NCBI GenBank assembly: GCA_963707025.1
Contig: CAVPOM010000004.1
Span: 608,001 to 672,000 of the forward strand
Length of the DNA stretch: 64,000 nucleotides
Direction: 5' to 3'
Origin: an uncultured Verrucomicrobiae bacterium
GTDB lineage: Bacteria; Verrucomicrobiota; Verrucomicrobiia; Limisphaerales; Palsa-1400
The notes beneath the pieces were generated by a model. The model was not told the DNA's origin and made no database searches. It was given only the letters and a program-made list of their open reading frames with translations. Positions 28,901 to 40,056 of this stretch are shown one piece after another; position 1 is the first letter of the stretch, and each line of letters begins with the position of its first letter. Made by a program: the position numbers and the translations under genes.

Positions 28901-29874
28901 CAATGCAAGAAGCGGGGCTTCAATTCTCGCAGGAGCCTGCGGAGCTGCCGTTCATCCGTCCGAGCATCCCAGCCAAGCTTGCCCATCACCCAGCTGGTGA
29001 GAGCAACTCCCTTCAGCCCAGCTGCCCTCGCCTGTCGCCAGAGCCGGAGCGCCCTCATGCCATCCTCGTATCGCGCCAACTGGCTGGCCGACAATTTCAC
29101 CCCCTGCCTGTGGACGTCGCGAGAGCGATGGAGGCGCGCAACGGCCTTCCATTTGAGGTCTCGCTTGTGGTCGAAACTCCAGTAACGCGGGATCAGGATC
29201 ATCGTTCCAAACGGGGCGACGTTCACGCTTAGCTTCAACAGGAGGGGGCGCTCCCACTCCATGCCGTAGAGCACCCACTTGTGGCAGAACGCGTCGAATG
29301 CCACGCGGAAACGATCCTCCCCAGTCTTCCACCGGAATTGCCAGCCCTCTGGGCGGAAGTTACGTTCCAAGGCCATTCGCCGGCGAAGGATGCCCTTTTT
29401 TTTGTCCCGATACTTGTCCACATCGAAGAGCTTTTTTAGGAGTTCCCAATCGTCTTTGAACTCCAGTTTCTGCGAGAGCATTTCCTCCTTCAGGTCGAAC
29501 TTGTGCTGCGCGGAGATCAGTCCCTCATAGCTGCCCACCTGCACGTCCCGTTCCTGTGCGGCGACCGCCTCCTGTTCGGTTTTCGATGGGAGATCGTTGA
29601 GCAACCCGGCCAGCAAACGCAACTGATCGGTCACGCGCCGCGCTGAGCAGATGGTGCCCAGGAGCAGTTCCAGCAATCCGTGGACGTCGATCGGCCACAA
29701 CGAATAAGGCACGAGCAGCCAGGCGTAAACCTGCTCAACCAAACCGAAGTCTGTGTGCCCGCGCGCGCTGGCGGGGAGGCAGTGAAACTGCCGCACAAGG
29801 TCGCCGCATTTCTCCCGGCGTCGGAATGCCAACTGATCAAGTCTCGCCAGATCTTCAGATTCTCTTGTGCTCAT
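28900..29874 (-). CDS. Hypothetical protein, possible C-terminal HTH
   Basis: ~324-aa ORF with natural composition. Confidence 0.65.
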   Translation of the reverse strand: MSTRESEDLARLDQLAFRRREKCGDLVRQFHCLPASARGHTDFGLVEQVYAWLLVPYSLWPIDVHGLLELLLGTICSARRVTDQLRLLAGLLNDLPSKTEQEAVAAQERDVQVGSYEGLISAQHKFDLKEEMLSQKLEFKDDWELLKKLFDVDKYRDKKKGILRRRMALERNFRPEGWQFRWKTGEDRFRVAFDAFCHKWVLYGMEWERPLLLKLSVNVAPFGTMILIPRYWSFDHKRDLKWKAVARLHRSRDVHRQGVKLSASQLARYEDGMRALRLWRQARAAGLKGVALTSWVMGKLGWDARTDERQLRRLLRELKPRFLH

Positions 29875-30137
29875 TGCATCCCATCTTACCCAAACCGACC
29901 CGCCACCGCGACCGAAAAGCCGGACACCGATTGTTCCCAATTGTTGTCCTTATTTGGCTGGCAATTTTGGGCGATGCTACACTCAGTCGGAAAACCCCGA
30001 TCCGCTCCGGGACTCGGAGTTGGACCGGCAGAGAAAGTCGTAATAACAATGATAATTGACAGAGCAAAACGCGCGGGATCACGGTGGAAGGCCGCCGGCC
30101 GCTGCGTCGTAGCGAAGGTCGCGCAGCATCTCGCCTT

Positions 30138-30809
30138 ATGAAGGAGTTCAGCCTCTACGACATACTCGGCGTGCTTGCGCCCGGCGCGGTATTGACAATC
30201 GGAATCATTACTGTGTTCCCCGATGCCGCTGCTGTTTTGGCGAACAAGAATTTCACGGTCGGGGACTTTGGCATCGTTCTCCTGGCTTCCTACGTCCTGG
30301 GTAATCTCGTGGCCGGGCTCGGGAATTTTCTTGAAAGCGCCTACTGGAGGATGCGCGGCGGCATCCCGACGGACTCCGCCATCAGAGGCGACTGCGAACT
30401 CATCCACGCGCGCGCGCAGCAGGCGCTTCAGGCAAGGCTGCAGGCCAGCCGGTTGATAGGAGCAAACGAGCGCCTGGTCAACCTGGCCCCCCGCGATTGG
30501 AAGGGATTGACGCGCCGGATATATATCGAGATGGAGAACCGAAAGGCAACACGGCGGATCAACGTGTTTAACGCCCAATACGGCATGAACCGCAGCATCG
30601 CTGCGGGATTTATCGCGCTGGTCGCGCTGGTCATTTTCCACGCCGGCCTCGCGGCCTGGCGGATAGAATTGATACTCGCTGCCTGCACGGCACTGGCCTG
30701 CTACCGAATGGAGCGGTTCAGCCGTTATTACGCGGGCGAACTCCTGCGCGGCTACATCACCGTTGGAGAGCCGGCCAAATCCCCGGAGCCGGCACCGGAA
30801 CTGGCATAA
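30138..30809 (+). CDS. Four-helix membrane protein at the head of the MBL/E2-E1-JAB operon
   Basis: Two hydrophobic helix pairs (N- and C-terminal) around a soluble loop. Confidence 0.75.
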   Translation: MKEFSLYDILGVLAPGAVLTIGIITVFPDAAAVLANKNFTVGDFGIVLLASYVLGNLVAGLGNFLESAYWRMRGGIPTDSAIRGDCELIHARAQQALQARLQASRLIGANERLVNLAPRDWKGLTRRIYIEMENRKATRRINVFNAQYGMNRSIAAGFIALVALVIFHAGLAAWRIELILAACTALACYRMERFSRYYAGELLRGYITVGEPAKSPEPAPELA

Positions 30810-30866
30810 ACATGCGACGCGACTTTGCTGACCAAACCTGAATTGACCAAGACTAAAACGACTATT

Positions 30867-31974
30867 ATGGGAAAAGCCACATTCTACCCAATCGGAAACG
30901 CGGACACCTGTCTGCTACAGCTCAACAACGGCATGGTCTTCTTCTTCGATTATGCGGACACGCATGATCCGGAGGAAAAGGACGACAAGCGGATTCCGCT
31001 GGCCAAGAATTTCAAAGAGGATCTAGGCTGGCCCAAGCGCAACTACGTCAACGTGGGCGCCTTCACCCACGGCGATATAGACCACCTGAAGGGGGCGCCA
31101 GAGATTTTCTGGCTGGAACACGCGGCCAAATACCAGGGTGCCGACCGCATCAAAATCAACGAAATGTGGGTGCCGGCAGCGCTCATCGTGGAGGAGGGCT
31201 CCGAGGACGAAACGAAGATCATCCGGGCGGAGGCCCGCTACCGTTTCCTGCGCAAAAAGGGAATCCGGGTCTTTTCCCGCCCGGAGCACCTCAAGGACTG
31301 GCTGGAGGAACAGGGCAAGAATCCCGCCGACTACACGGACCTTATCGTGAACGCCGGCAAGACAGTGCCCGGCTTCACGCTGGAGGGGCAAGGGATCGAG
31401 TTCTTTGTCCATTCCCCCTTCGCCAAGGCCACCGATGACGGCATGTTGGACCGCAACAACGACTGTCTGGTGCTACAGGCGACCATCCGGGTGGACGGCG
31501 CCGATACCAAATTCCTCATCACCGCCGATTCCACATGGGACCGCTGGGTCAATATCGTAGAACATCACCCGCGCCCATAAGAATGACCACCGGCTGGCCT
31601 GGGATATCCTCAAGATTCCCCACCACTGTAGCTATCTCTCGATGGCCGAGGAGAAGGGCGACTACAAGACCAAACCGACCCCGCAGTTCGAATGGCTGCT
31701 CAAGCAGGGTGCCCAGCGTTCGGTGATGGTGTCGAGCAGTTGGCCGGTCCCAAGCACCACGGAGGACCAGCCGCCGCATGTCGAGGCCTACCGCCGCTAC
31801 AAGGACACCGCCCAGGAACTGGATGCCAGCTTGGTCGTTACCATGGAGAACCCGAGCAAGGACAGTCCGAAGCGCACGGTCATCACCATCAACGGCAACG
31901 GGCCGACCCTGAAGCGGGACTTCATTCCAGCGGCAATCGCCATCACCTCAACGCGATCGCCACGGGTGGGATGA
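30867..31974 (+). CDS. ComEC-like metallo-beta-lactamase-fold hydrolase ending in Gly; frameshift near 31560
   Basis: FYPIGNADT, THGDIDH, NNDCLV, ITAD, then in shifted frame LKIPHHCS; C-terminus STRSPRVG. Confidence 0.85.
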
Positions 31975-34277
31975 GCGCCAAGCCCCAGTTATTGACGCTC
32001 TCCGGAGAGCGTGTTCCTGTCAGCGGCCTGCTGATCGCGAAGGCCAGGCAGTTCGCTCAGTATTTGCAGAATGCGGGGTCCCGTGCGTTTGTGAGGCTCC
32101 GCGAGGTCCGCCGGCTGGTCGAGCCGCCGGCCGAAACCGTGTCCTTTGTGGTCACCACCGAGCGACCACAGAAGCTGGCTCATCCAATTGAGCGCGAGGA
32201 GCCGTTGGCTGCGACATTTCCCGAGGGCGACCACAGGGTGCCGGAGGTGATCAGCCTCCGCCGCGACTTCCCAAATGTGCCACACTTGAACCTCGGGATT
32301 AACGAGCTGCCAAAAAGTCTCTGCCTATACGACCAGCCCTACGAGAACGTGAGGCTGACCTGGACCCCAGCCGAGTTTCTCTATCGGATACACTTCTGGC
32401 TTTCCGGAACCGCCACAGGAACGCTGCACGGGGAGGATCAGCCACTGGAGCCGCTCCTGGCCGGCTCCGGGTTTCGACTGGTTCTGCCCGCCGACTTCGA
32501 CGTATCCAATCCCAACCAAAAGCCACGGCCGTTCAACCTCTTTCGGGTTGAATCCGTGGAGGGCCAGTTCACACTGCGCGCTGTCTGGCAGGCGCCAGGG
32601 CAGAAGATTGATTCGGTCGCGGCCGTGTTCCGGTGTCAGCCGCAGCAGCACGGTGTCATCAACCACCAGCCACTAAACCTCCAGCAATTGCAAGAACTCT
32701 GCCTCCGCGTCGGTTTGAACATTGCCGAGGAGCTTCGCCAGACTCTCCGCCAATGGTTTCTGGACAAGCCCCAGGAGGACATCCTTCAGGCCAAAATCGT
32801 GCTCATCCTGATCCTCCCAAAGACCAGGCATCCGGGAGGACAGGTTGAGTCGGTGGAGACCCGGGCGTTCGTCACGAGGGGGGTCTCCGTGGAAGAGCTG
32901 GGGCGGCGCCTCGGGTTGTTCGACCGGCACGGGGGCACCGCAGGGATGATCATCGGCAACCCCAGCATTCCGGGCAAGACGCTGGAAAGCGTGGAGATCT
33001 GTCTGCTCCAGGTTCTCAACGCTCTCTCCCCGGCCAGCGCGGCGGTCCTCAACGGCATTAAGCCCTGCCAGGTTCGCATCGTCGCCATCGGCACCGGGGC
33101 CCTCGGCTCGCAGGTCTATAACAACCTTGCCCGCGCGGGCTATGGAAGGTGGACGCTCATCGACAATGACGTGCTCCTGCCGCACAACTGCGCCCGGCAC
33201 TTCCTTGGAGATTGGGCCGTAGGCACGAACAAGGCCCAAACGATGGCGCAGGTGGGGAAGATCACCCTAAACGATCCCGCCATCGCAGAGTTCATACCCG
33301 CCGACGTTCTCCAGCCGGCGCAACACGCGGAGGCCGTCAATAAGGCCCTGCAAAGCGCGGAATTGGTGCTGGACCTCTCCGCCTCGGTGGCGGTTTCCCG
33401 GCATCTGGCCCAAGTCGAAACCAAGCCGCGCACGTTTTCGGCTTTCCTCGCTCCAAAAGGGGACGGGCTGGTCATCGCGGCCGAGGACAACCAGAGGACA
33501 GTCCGCCTTGATTGGCTGGAGATGCTGCACTACCGGGCGGTTCTGAACGAGCCTGCGCTCGCAGACAGCCTGCAGCCCAAAGAGGCCCGCATCCGCTATG
33601 GAAATTCCTGTCGCGACATCAGCACGGAAATGGCGCAGGACGACACCGCGCTATGGGCCGCAATCGCCAGCAAGGCGGTCAAACAGATGAGGGAGGATGC
33701 CGGCGCGGCGCTGAGGATTTATCGCGCCGACGAACGCGGCCTCACAAGCCTGATTGAACCCAAGGTCTTGGAGGCCAAAACCCTTCGGTTTGGGGACTGG
33801 GTCATTCGCATGGATGGCTGGCTTTTGGAGAAGCTGGCCAGGCTCAGAGACGCCAGATTGCCCAATGAAACCGGGGGAGTCTTGCTTGGCGCATTCGACA
33901 CCTACCAGCGAGCGTGTTCCGTCGTGGACGTCCTTCCCTCTCCTCCCGACAGCACCGAGTGGCCGACCTCCTACATCCGTGGATGTGAAGGCCTGGCCGC
34001 CAAGGTCCAGGAAGCAAAAAGGCTCACCCTGGGCCAGATCAGCTACGTCGGGGAATGGCACTCCCACCCACGAGGCGCCTCCATCCATCCCAGCTCCGAC
34101 GATCTGCGGGCTTACGGATGGCTCACGAGCCATATGCATGCCGAAGCACTGCCCGGCATCATGCTCATCATCGGCGACAGGCGGGAAATCTGCCTCGTTT
34201 CTGCCGAGCCGAGATCACCGAGAACCGGACCGAAGATCAATACCAAAGCCCGGGCCCTGGCTGGTGGCTGTAGTTGA
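31971..34277 (+). CDS. Prokaryotic E2 - E1 (ThiF) - JAB triple fusion
   Basis: E2: RRDFPNVPHLN..SLCLY; E1: IGTGALGS, IDNDVLLPHNCARH, RYGNSCRD; JAB: ETGG, YVGEWHSHP..PSSDD. Confidence 0.92.
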   Translation: MSAKPQLLTLSGERVPVSGLLIAKARQFAQYLQNAGSRAFVRLREVRRLVEPPAETVSFVVTTERPQKLAHPIEREEPLAATFPEGDHRVPEVISLRRDFPNVPHLNLGINELPKSLCLYDQPYENVRLTWTPAEFLYRIHFWLSGTATGTLHGEDQPLEPLLAGSGFRLVLPADFDVSNPNQKPRPFNLFRVESVEGQFTLRAVWQAPGQKIDSVAAVFRCQPQQHGVINHQPLNLQQLQELCLRVGLNIAEELRQTLRQWFLDKPQEDILQAKIVLILILPKTRHPGGQVESVETRAFVTRGVSVEELGRRLGLFDRHGGTAGMIIGNPSIPGKTLESVEICLLQVLNALSPASAAVLNGIKPCQVRIVAIGTGALGSQVYNNLARAGYGRWTLIDNDVLLPHNCARHFLGDWAVGTNKAQTMAQVGKITLNDPAIAEFIPADVLQPAQHAEAVNKALQSAELVLDLSASVAVSRHLAQVETKPRTFSAFLAPKGDGLVIAAEDNQRTVRLDWLEMLHYRAVLNEPALADSLQPKEARIRYGNSCRDISTEMAQDDTALWAAIASKAVKQMREDAGAALRIYRADERGLTSLIEPKVLEAKTLRFGDWVIRMDGWLLEKLARLRDARLPNETGGVLLGAFDTYQRACSVVDVLPSPPDSTEWPTSYIRGCEGLAAKVQEAKRLTLGQISYVGEWHSHPRGASIHPSSDDLRAYGWLTSHMHAEALPGIMLIIGDRREICLVSAEPRSPRTGPKINTKARALAGGCS

Positions 34278-34583
34278 ACCCCGGCCCCCGCTGTGCATAA
34301 TGGTCCTGTCGTGCATGAAGACCCTACCGTGACGGATAGTGCCGGCGCTGCCGGTGACCTTTGGAGGTCATCTCGCGGCGGATATGGATCTGCTCGCGGG
34401 AGCAATGCTCCCGACGCCCAGCCATCCTCCACGTCTGAGGACATCCGGCGCGTTCGCAGGGTGTTTGCCGCGCGGTCTGATACGGTTAATTGCACAGGGA
34501 GACGATTTCGTCCCCGTCATTCTCCCGAACCCGGCCGATTGGCTGCCGCCCACACACGCCCTATGAACTATTGACCAAATGCT

Positions 34584-37500
34584 ATGCAAAAGGACTCCGG
34601 CCATTTGCTTTTCTCGCCCAGCGACCTCGTCCGTTATCTGGCCTCCCCGTTCGCATCATGGATGGATCGCTACCACCTGGAGAATCCGGGTGCGGTCACT
34701 CCGGACGAGCCAACCGCAGATGAGAAACTTATCGCGCAGACGGGCGATCAGCACGAGCGCACGGTGCTCGATGAATTCAAGTCATCGGCCGCCAGCCCGG
34801 TCGAGATTCCGAAAAACGATCGCGCCGCCGCCCGGAAAATGACGCTTGCGGCCATCCGTGCAAAAGCCCCGATTATTTACCAAGCTGCCTTGGAAAACGG
34901 GCGTTTCACCGGCTTCGCAGACTTTCTCACGCTCGACGCGTCCGGGAGGTATCAGGTTTGGGACACCAAGCTCGCCCGCTCGCCCAGGCCGTATTACGCC
35001 ATTCAGCTTTGCTGCTACTCGGAAATGCTGGCCGCCGCGACCGGCGAGCGGATGCCCCAAAAATTCGGCATTATTCTCGGCAGCAAGGACAGGGTTGAAT
35101 TCCGCGTCGAGGACTTCATCCACTACTACCACCGTATTATGGGGAGCTTCCTCGCCATGCACGACAGCTTCACCGGGAAAATGGCGGAACGCCCGGAGCC
35201 CCTCCCGCGAGCGGACCACGGCCGCTGGACCTCCCACGCGGAGAAGTTCTTCAACGACTCCGACCACATCGTGAGGGTCGCCGGAATCAGTGTAGGCCAA
35301 ATCAAGAAGCTGAAAACGGCCGGCATTGCAACGGTGGCGGGACTTGCCGCAGCCTCGGGCAAGTCGGTTCACAAACTCTCCGGCGACTCGTTGGAAAAAC
35401 TCGTCGCCCAGGCTCGTCTTCAGTGCCAGACGCGCGCCGATCGGATCGAGGACCCAGATGCCACACCGCGATACGAAGTCTTGCCCCACATCGGCATCAA
35501 CAGCGAAGCCGTGGGTCTCGCTGCCCTTCCGCCGGATCATCCGGCCGATGTTTTTTTCGACATGGAGGGCTACCCGTTGGTGTCCGGGGGACTGGAATAC
35601 CTGTTTGGTGTCGGCTCGCGGAACGTGCAGCCGGGTATATTCAACTTCGCGGACTGGTGGGCGCACGACCGCGACGAAGAGAAGCTCGCGTTCGAGGGTT
35701 TCGTGGACTGGGTATTCAATCGGTGGAAACATAACCCCGGGATGCACATCTACCATTACGCCGCCTACGAGGTCATTGCTGTTCGGCGGTTGAGCACCCG
35801 CCACGACACCCGTCAGGAGGAGGTGGACGAGCTTCTCCGGAACAAGGTGTTCGTGGATCTCTACCAAATCGTCCGTCACGGTGTGCGCATCGGCGAGGAC
35901 AGCTACTCCATCAAGACAGTCGAGCGCATTTACCGACCGAAACGCGCCACCGAGGTCGCCACAGCCGCCGAGTCCATCGTTCAATACGCCCGCTGGATCG
36001 AGAGCAAGCAGGCCCGCGATTGGAACATCAGCCCCATCCTCAAGGGCATCCGAGACTACAACGAGGACGATTGCAAATCCACGGCGGAACTGTTGCAGTG
36101 GTTGCGCAAGTTGGCTGGTGAACACAAGATCACCGCTGCACGCCCAGGTTCTGTCTCCACCCCGGCGGCGCCGCCGGTGTTGCCGCCGCAGGTCATCGCG
36201 AGGCAGGACACCGCGATAAAACTCCGCAAGCAGGGCGACTCGGTCGCGGTGGTTCTTGCTGACTTGATTGACTTTCACCGCCGGGAAGAAAAGCCCATGT
36301 GGTGGCGGATGTTTGACCGCGCCGTAGCTACGCCCGAGGATCTCCGCGACGACCCCGGCTGCATCGAAGGCGTCCAGGCCGCAGGGTCTCCCGTGCCCGA
36401 AAAACAATCGTCCGTGCAAACCTACCGCTTCGATCCGTCGCAGGAATGCAAACTTGCCGCGGGCGACAAGTCCAAGGTGATGTTTACCCACAACCTGGAG
36501 GCGAAATTCACACTGGCGAGGCTTGATGCGTCCAAGGGCGAACTGCAACTCAAGATTGGCAACAAAGCGTTGACCGAGAAATTCAGGGGTGCTTTCCCCC
36601 GGCATGGCTCACTGCTTCCGGATGAGTATGTGCCGGCGGCGGCGATCCAGGCGGCGTTGAACGAGGTTGCCGCCCGGCACTTGTCAAAAAGCCTCCACGC
36701 GCCGGTGGCGGCACTCTTGAATCGAGTGCCAACCGCGACGTTGCTGCAAAACGCCGGCGAGTCCGCAGGCAACGCCGCCATCCGCATTACCCGCTTGATG
36801 GCCGGTGGATGCCTTGTGGTCCAAGGCCCGCCAGGAACCGGCAAGACCCACACAGCCTCGCGTGTAATCACCGCGCTTCTCGCTGGGGGCAGGAAGGTCG
36901 GCATCGCCTCCAACAGCCACAAGGCGGTGGTGAATCTTCTCATTGCCTGCGGCGACGCAGCCAGGGAGGGCGGTGGCCTTCTTCGTGGAATCAAGGTCGG
37001 TGGTGACGCCGAAGGGCCGTTGTTTTCGTCCAACCCCGGCGTGAAATTCATCAAAGACACCGGCGACGCGTATTCTGCTTACACGGGTGGCGCCGTAGGT
37101 GGAACGGCCTGGCTCTTTGCCCGGCCCGAATGGGAAGGCGCCCTCGATTTCCTTTTCATTGATGAAGCCGGCCAGGTGTCTCTGGCCAACGCCGTCGCCA
37201 TGGCGCGGTGCGCGAAGAACCTTGTCCTCCTCGGTGACCAGATGCAACTTGAGCAACCCGTGCAGGGCTCCCATCCCGGCGATGCCGGGCTCTCCGCCCT
37301 GCAATACGCTCTCAAGGACACGAACGCCAGCCGGCCCGATTCGCCCGTCTTCCACGCCGTGGTGCCACCGGACCACGGGCTTTTTCTTGGCGAATCGCAC
37401 CGGATGCACCCGTCGGTCTGCCGCTTCATCTCGGAGAGCATTTATGAGGGTCGGCTCGGTTCACATCCCGACTGCGCCAGGCAGAAGATCATTGTCCCGC

Positions 37501-38009
37501 CAGGCACCAACGGCCTCATCACCCGGGAGGCCGGGATTGTCTTCAGCGGCGTCGAGCACGATGGAGACATCCAGCAGAGCGACAAGGAAGTTGAACGGAT
37601 CATGGTGATCTACGGCGAGCTGATGGGGCGCCCCTTCACCGACAAGCATGGCATCACAAGGCCGCTGGCGATCGAGGACTTTCTTTTCATCGCCCCCTAC
37701 AATGCCCAGGTCCGCGCTCTTCAGGCCGCTCTCCCAGTTGCCGCCCGCGTCGGCAGCGTGGATAAGTTTCAAGGGCAGCAAGCCCCCGTCTGCGTTCTTT
37801 CCCTCTGTTCCAGCTATGGCGAATACGGCACTCGCGGGCTTGCCTTCATTCTCGACCGCAACCGGATTAACGTCGCCGTCTCTCGCGCCCAATGCCTCGC
37901 GGTGGTCGTCGCAGACCCGCGCATCGCCAGCGCGGCCGCTGGTTCCATTGACGAAATGATGCTCATCAACCTGTTGTGCAAGCTGACCGGATCATATGCC
38001 GCCAACTGA
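34584..38009 (+). CDS. TM0106-family RecB-like nuclease + RNase H-like domain + SF1 (UPF1/DNA2-like) helicase
   Basis: GFADFL..WDTKLA..QLCCY; FFDMEG..YNEDDC; QGPPGTGKT, FIDEAGQ, LGDQMQL, VDKFQG, NVAVSRA. Confidence 0.9.
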   Translation: MQKDSGHLLFSPSDLVRYLASPFASWMDRYHLENPGAVTPDEPTADEKLIAQTGDQHERTVLDEFKSSAASPVEIPKNDRAAARKMTLAAIRAKAPIIYQAALENGRFTGFADFLTLDASGRYQVWDTKLARSPRPYYAIQLCCYSEMLAAATGERMPQKFGIILGSKDRVEFRVEDFIHYYHRIMGSFLAMHDSFTGKMAERPEPLPRADHGRWTSHAEKFFNDSDHIVRVAGISVGQIKKLKTAGIATVAGLAAASGKSVHKLSGDSLEKLVAQARLQCQTRADRIEDPDATPRYEVLPHIGINSEAVGLAALPPDHPADVFFDMEGYPLVSGGLEYLFGVGSRNVQPGIFNFADWWAHDRDEEKLAFEGFVDWVFNRWKHNPGMHIYHYAAYEVIAVRRLSTRHDTRQEEVDELLRNKVFVDLYQIVRHGVRIGEDSYSIKTVERIYRPKRATEVATAAESIVQYARWIESKQARDWNISPILKGIRDYNEDDCKSTAELLQWLRKLAGEHKITAARPGSVSTPAAPPVLPPQVIARQDTAIKLRKQGDSVAVVLADLIDFHRREEKPMWWRMFDRAVATPEDLRDDPGCIEGVQAAGSPVPEKQSSVQTYRFDPSQECKLAAGDKSKVMFTHNLEAKFTLARLDASKGELQLKIGNKALTEKFRGAFPRHGSLLPDEYVPAAAIQAALNEVAARHLSKSLHAPVAALLNRVPTATLLQNAGESAGNAAIRITRLMAGGCLVVQGPPGTGKTHTASRVITALLAGGRKVGIASNSHKAVVNLLIACGDAAREGGGLLRGIKVGGDAEGPLFSSNPGVKFIKDTGDAYSAYTGGAVGGTAWLFARPEWEGALDFLFIDEAGQVSLANAVAMARCAKNLVLLGDQMQLEQPVQGSHPGDAGLSALQYALKDTNASRPDSPVFHAVVPPDHGLFLGESHRMHPSVCRFISESIYEGRLGSHPDCARQKIIVPPGTNGLITREAGIVFSGVEHDGDIQQSDKEVERIMVIYGELMGRPFTDKHGITRPLAIEDFLFIAPYNAQVRALQAALPVAARVGSVDKFQGQQAPVCVLSLCSSYGEYGTRGLAFILDRNRINVAVSRAQCLAVVVADPRIASAAAGSIDEMMLINLLCKLTGSYAAN

Positions 38010-38303
38010 TAGAGATTCGGCGCGGCGGCCGGTACTTGGATACTGTGTTTCAAGGAGAGGTGCTCAGACCAGTCCAGATCGGCGCAGTCTTTCGCCGGCC
38101 CGGATAAAAACTATGCGTGCGCCAAGCGCAATGGCGCAGGCGGTGGATGCCATTCCGCAAGGCCCACACCCGGGACGCGGTCGGGACGGATTGCCGGAGC
38201 AACACGGAGATATTCAAATGGTTCCGGCTGTTCATTCCCCAGACTGATCCCTGGGAGTGAGCGGTTTTTCTAGGCCCATCGCATGTATAAATGGGGACTT
38301 TGA

Positions 38304-39267
38304 ATGAAGCGGCCCGATGAAAAGCAATCGAATATCTCGAATGAAAAATCGCAACAAGCCAAGAGGTGGAATTCTGCAATCGCAGTGATACACGGTGAAC
38401 GCGGTCGCGGCAAAGCTGGGGTGGGTCGCTCTTAAAAGGCAATCGAGGTTACCCTCTAGGGCCACGCGTGGAAAGTGTACCCGATGAAGTGCCGCAACAA
38501 GACACTTTACCGTGTCGTCCACCAAGTGAATAGCGAACGGCGCCCCAAAAATTTTAGCTTGCTGGCTGATGCCAAAGCTGACGCCAAGAATCTCATCAAG
38601 GAAATTTACACTCAAGGTGACAGCAAAATCCACCTGGCCGCCGATGAAAAGCTCGATTGGCAGGCTGCAATGAATGTTTTGAAACGAGCGGGCATCCGGT
38701 AAAGCCTTGAGACGATTTGCCGCCAGTATGCCGATCTGTGCGCCGCCGCAGGCGGGGCCGGACTCTTGACCGACATCGTGCGCAAGCATGTCTCCAGCGG
38801 CCCGGCGAAACACACGCCGATCCAGCTTGGCAGGCTCAAAGTTATCTTCAATTCGACGATGGAGAGCGAGGGCCGTTCGACGAGGTATGTCCAAGTGCTA
38901 AAATCCTATTGTGGAACTTTCGTGCGGGAGATCGGGCCGGACACCATGACTGACCAAATCACGCGTGAGATGATCCAAGAGTTTTTGAATGACCGGAAGG
39001 TTTGCCCCCGTGGAAAACTCAACTTTGCGAGGGCTATTCGTGTCATGTCGGTTTTCGGCAAACGTCAGCGGTGTGTGCCAGAGGATTGGGCGGAAATCGA
39101 CCACCTGACCCTGCCCTTGGTCAAGGAGGGAACGGTGCTGACCTATTCGCCTGATGACCTAAAAAGGCTGCTGGCCGCCTCTCCTGACACGTTTATTCCA
39201 TGCCTCGCCCTGGCCGCTTTTGCGGGAATGCGGTCGGCAGAAATTGAGCGCATTGGATGGGACAATA
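38304..39267 (+). pseudogene. Decayed tyrosine recombinase (in-frame stops, truncated after box I)
   Basis: Single frame with stops near 38433, 38457 and 38700; ends LAAFAGMRSAEIERIGWDN. Confidence 0.8.
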
Positions 39268-39409
39268 TGCCCGCGCTACGGCAGCGACATGATGCCCCTT
39301 GCGCTGAAGTTTTTCCTGCAAGTGCCATGATGGCAGTGGCGGCGGCGCAATTCACGCCAACCTCGAAACCCTGGATGCAGGGATTGAGCCGACTTGGCGC
39401 TGCGCGTGG

Positions 39410-40056
39410 TTGGTGGTCGAGGCGGGTGTCGTTGCCCTGATGCTCGCCTTGGAACGTCCCTGCCTGAGCGCGGCCGCCCTGGACTTGCTGGCGGGCGCCA
39501 GCAATGGCAATCCACGCCTGCTCAATCTTCTGGCCCGCGCCGCCTGGATCGCCGCTGCCCAAGCCGGCGTTAACACGATCGGTCTCGAACAAGTGCAAAC
39601 CGCTCTGAATTTGGTTCCGGCCGCACGCGACAAAATCAACCCCTAATCAACCTGACTGATGAAACCGGACCTTTCCGTTCTGGAGAAACCTCAAACCTCC
39701 TATGACCTAGTGGCCAACGTCCTGGGCCAGGCGCCGCAGATTTCGATCTTCATCTGGACCAAGCTTTGTTGGTCTTGGTTTTGGCGATGAAACGAGCCCG
39801 GCGTTCCCCAAAGTTACATGCTCCCAAGCGGGCAGACAATCGCGAACAACAACTGCCCTTCTAATCCAGCGGCCACTCCGTAGCCCGGTCAGGCCCGGGT
39901 CTGACCGAGCTACGAATCAAATCGCCACCACCCACGAAATAATCCGCAGCTACACCACCCGTTTCCACGAATTAATCATCCACAAGCCACACGGCAAAGT
40001 CAGCCGCGCCACACGAATGTCCGCGGTGCAAACCCCCGTTCACGGTGTGCTAAACA
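39410..40056 (+). mobile_element. Right-end relic of a transposon with an ExeA-like AAA ATPase
   Basis: ASNGNPRLLNLLARAAW ExeA-type C-terminus, two short ORFs, palindrome 39879-39914, recurring CACG motifs ending ...AAACA. Confidence 0.5.

Noticed and set aside
30138..34277. CBASS or Pycsar system
   Set aside because: No CD-NTase or pyrimidine cyclase is present; the AbiEii nucleotidyltransferase belongs to a separate operon
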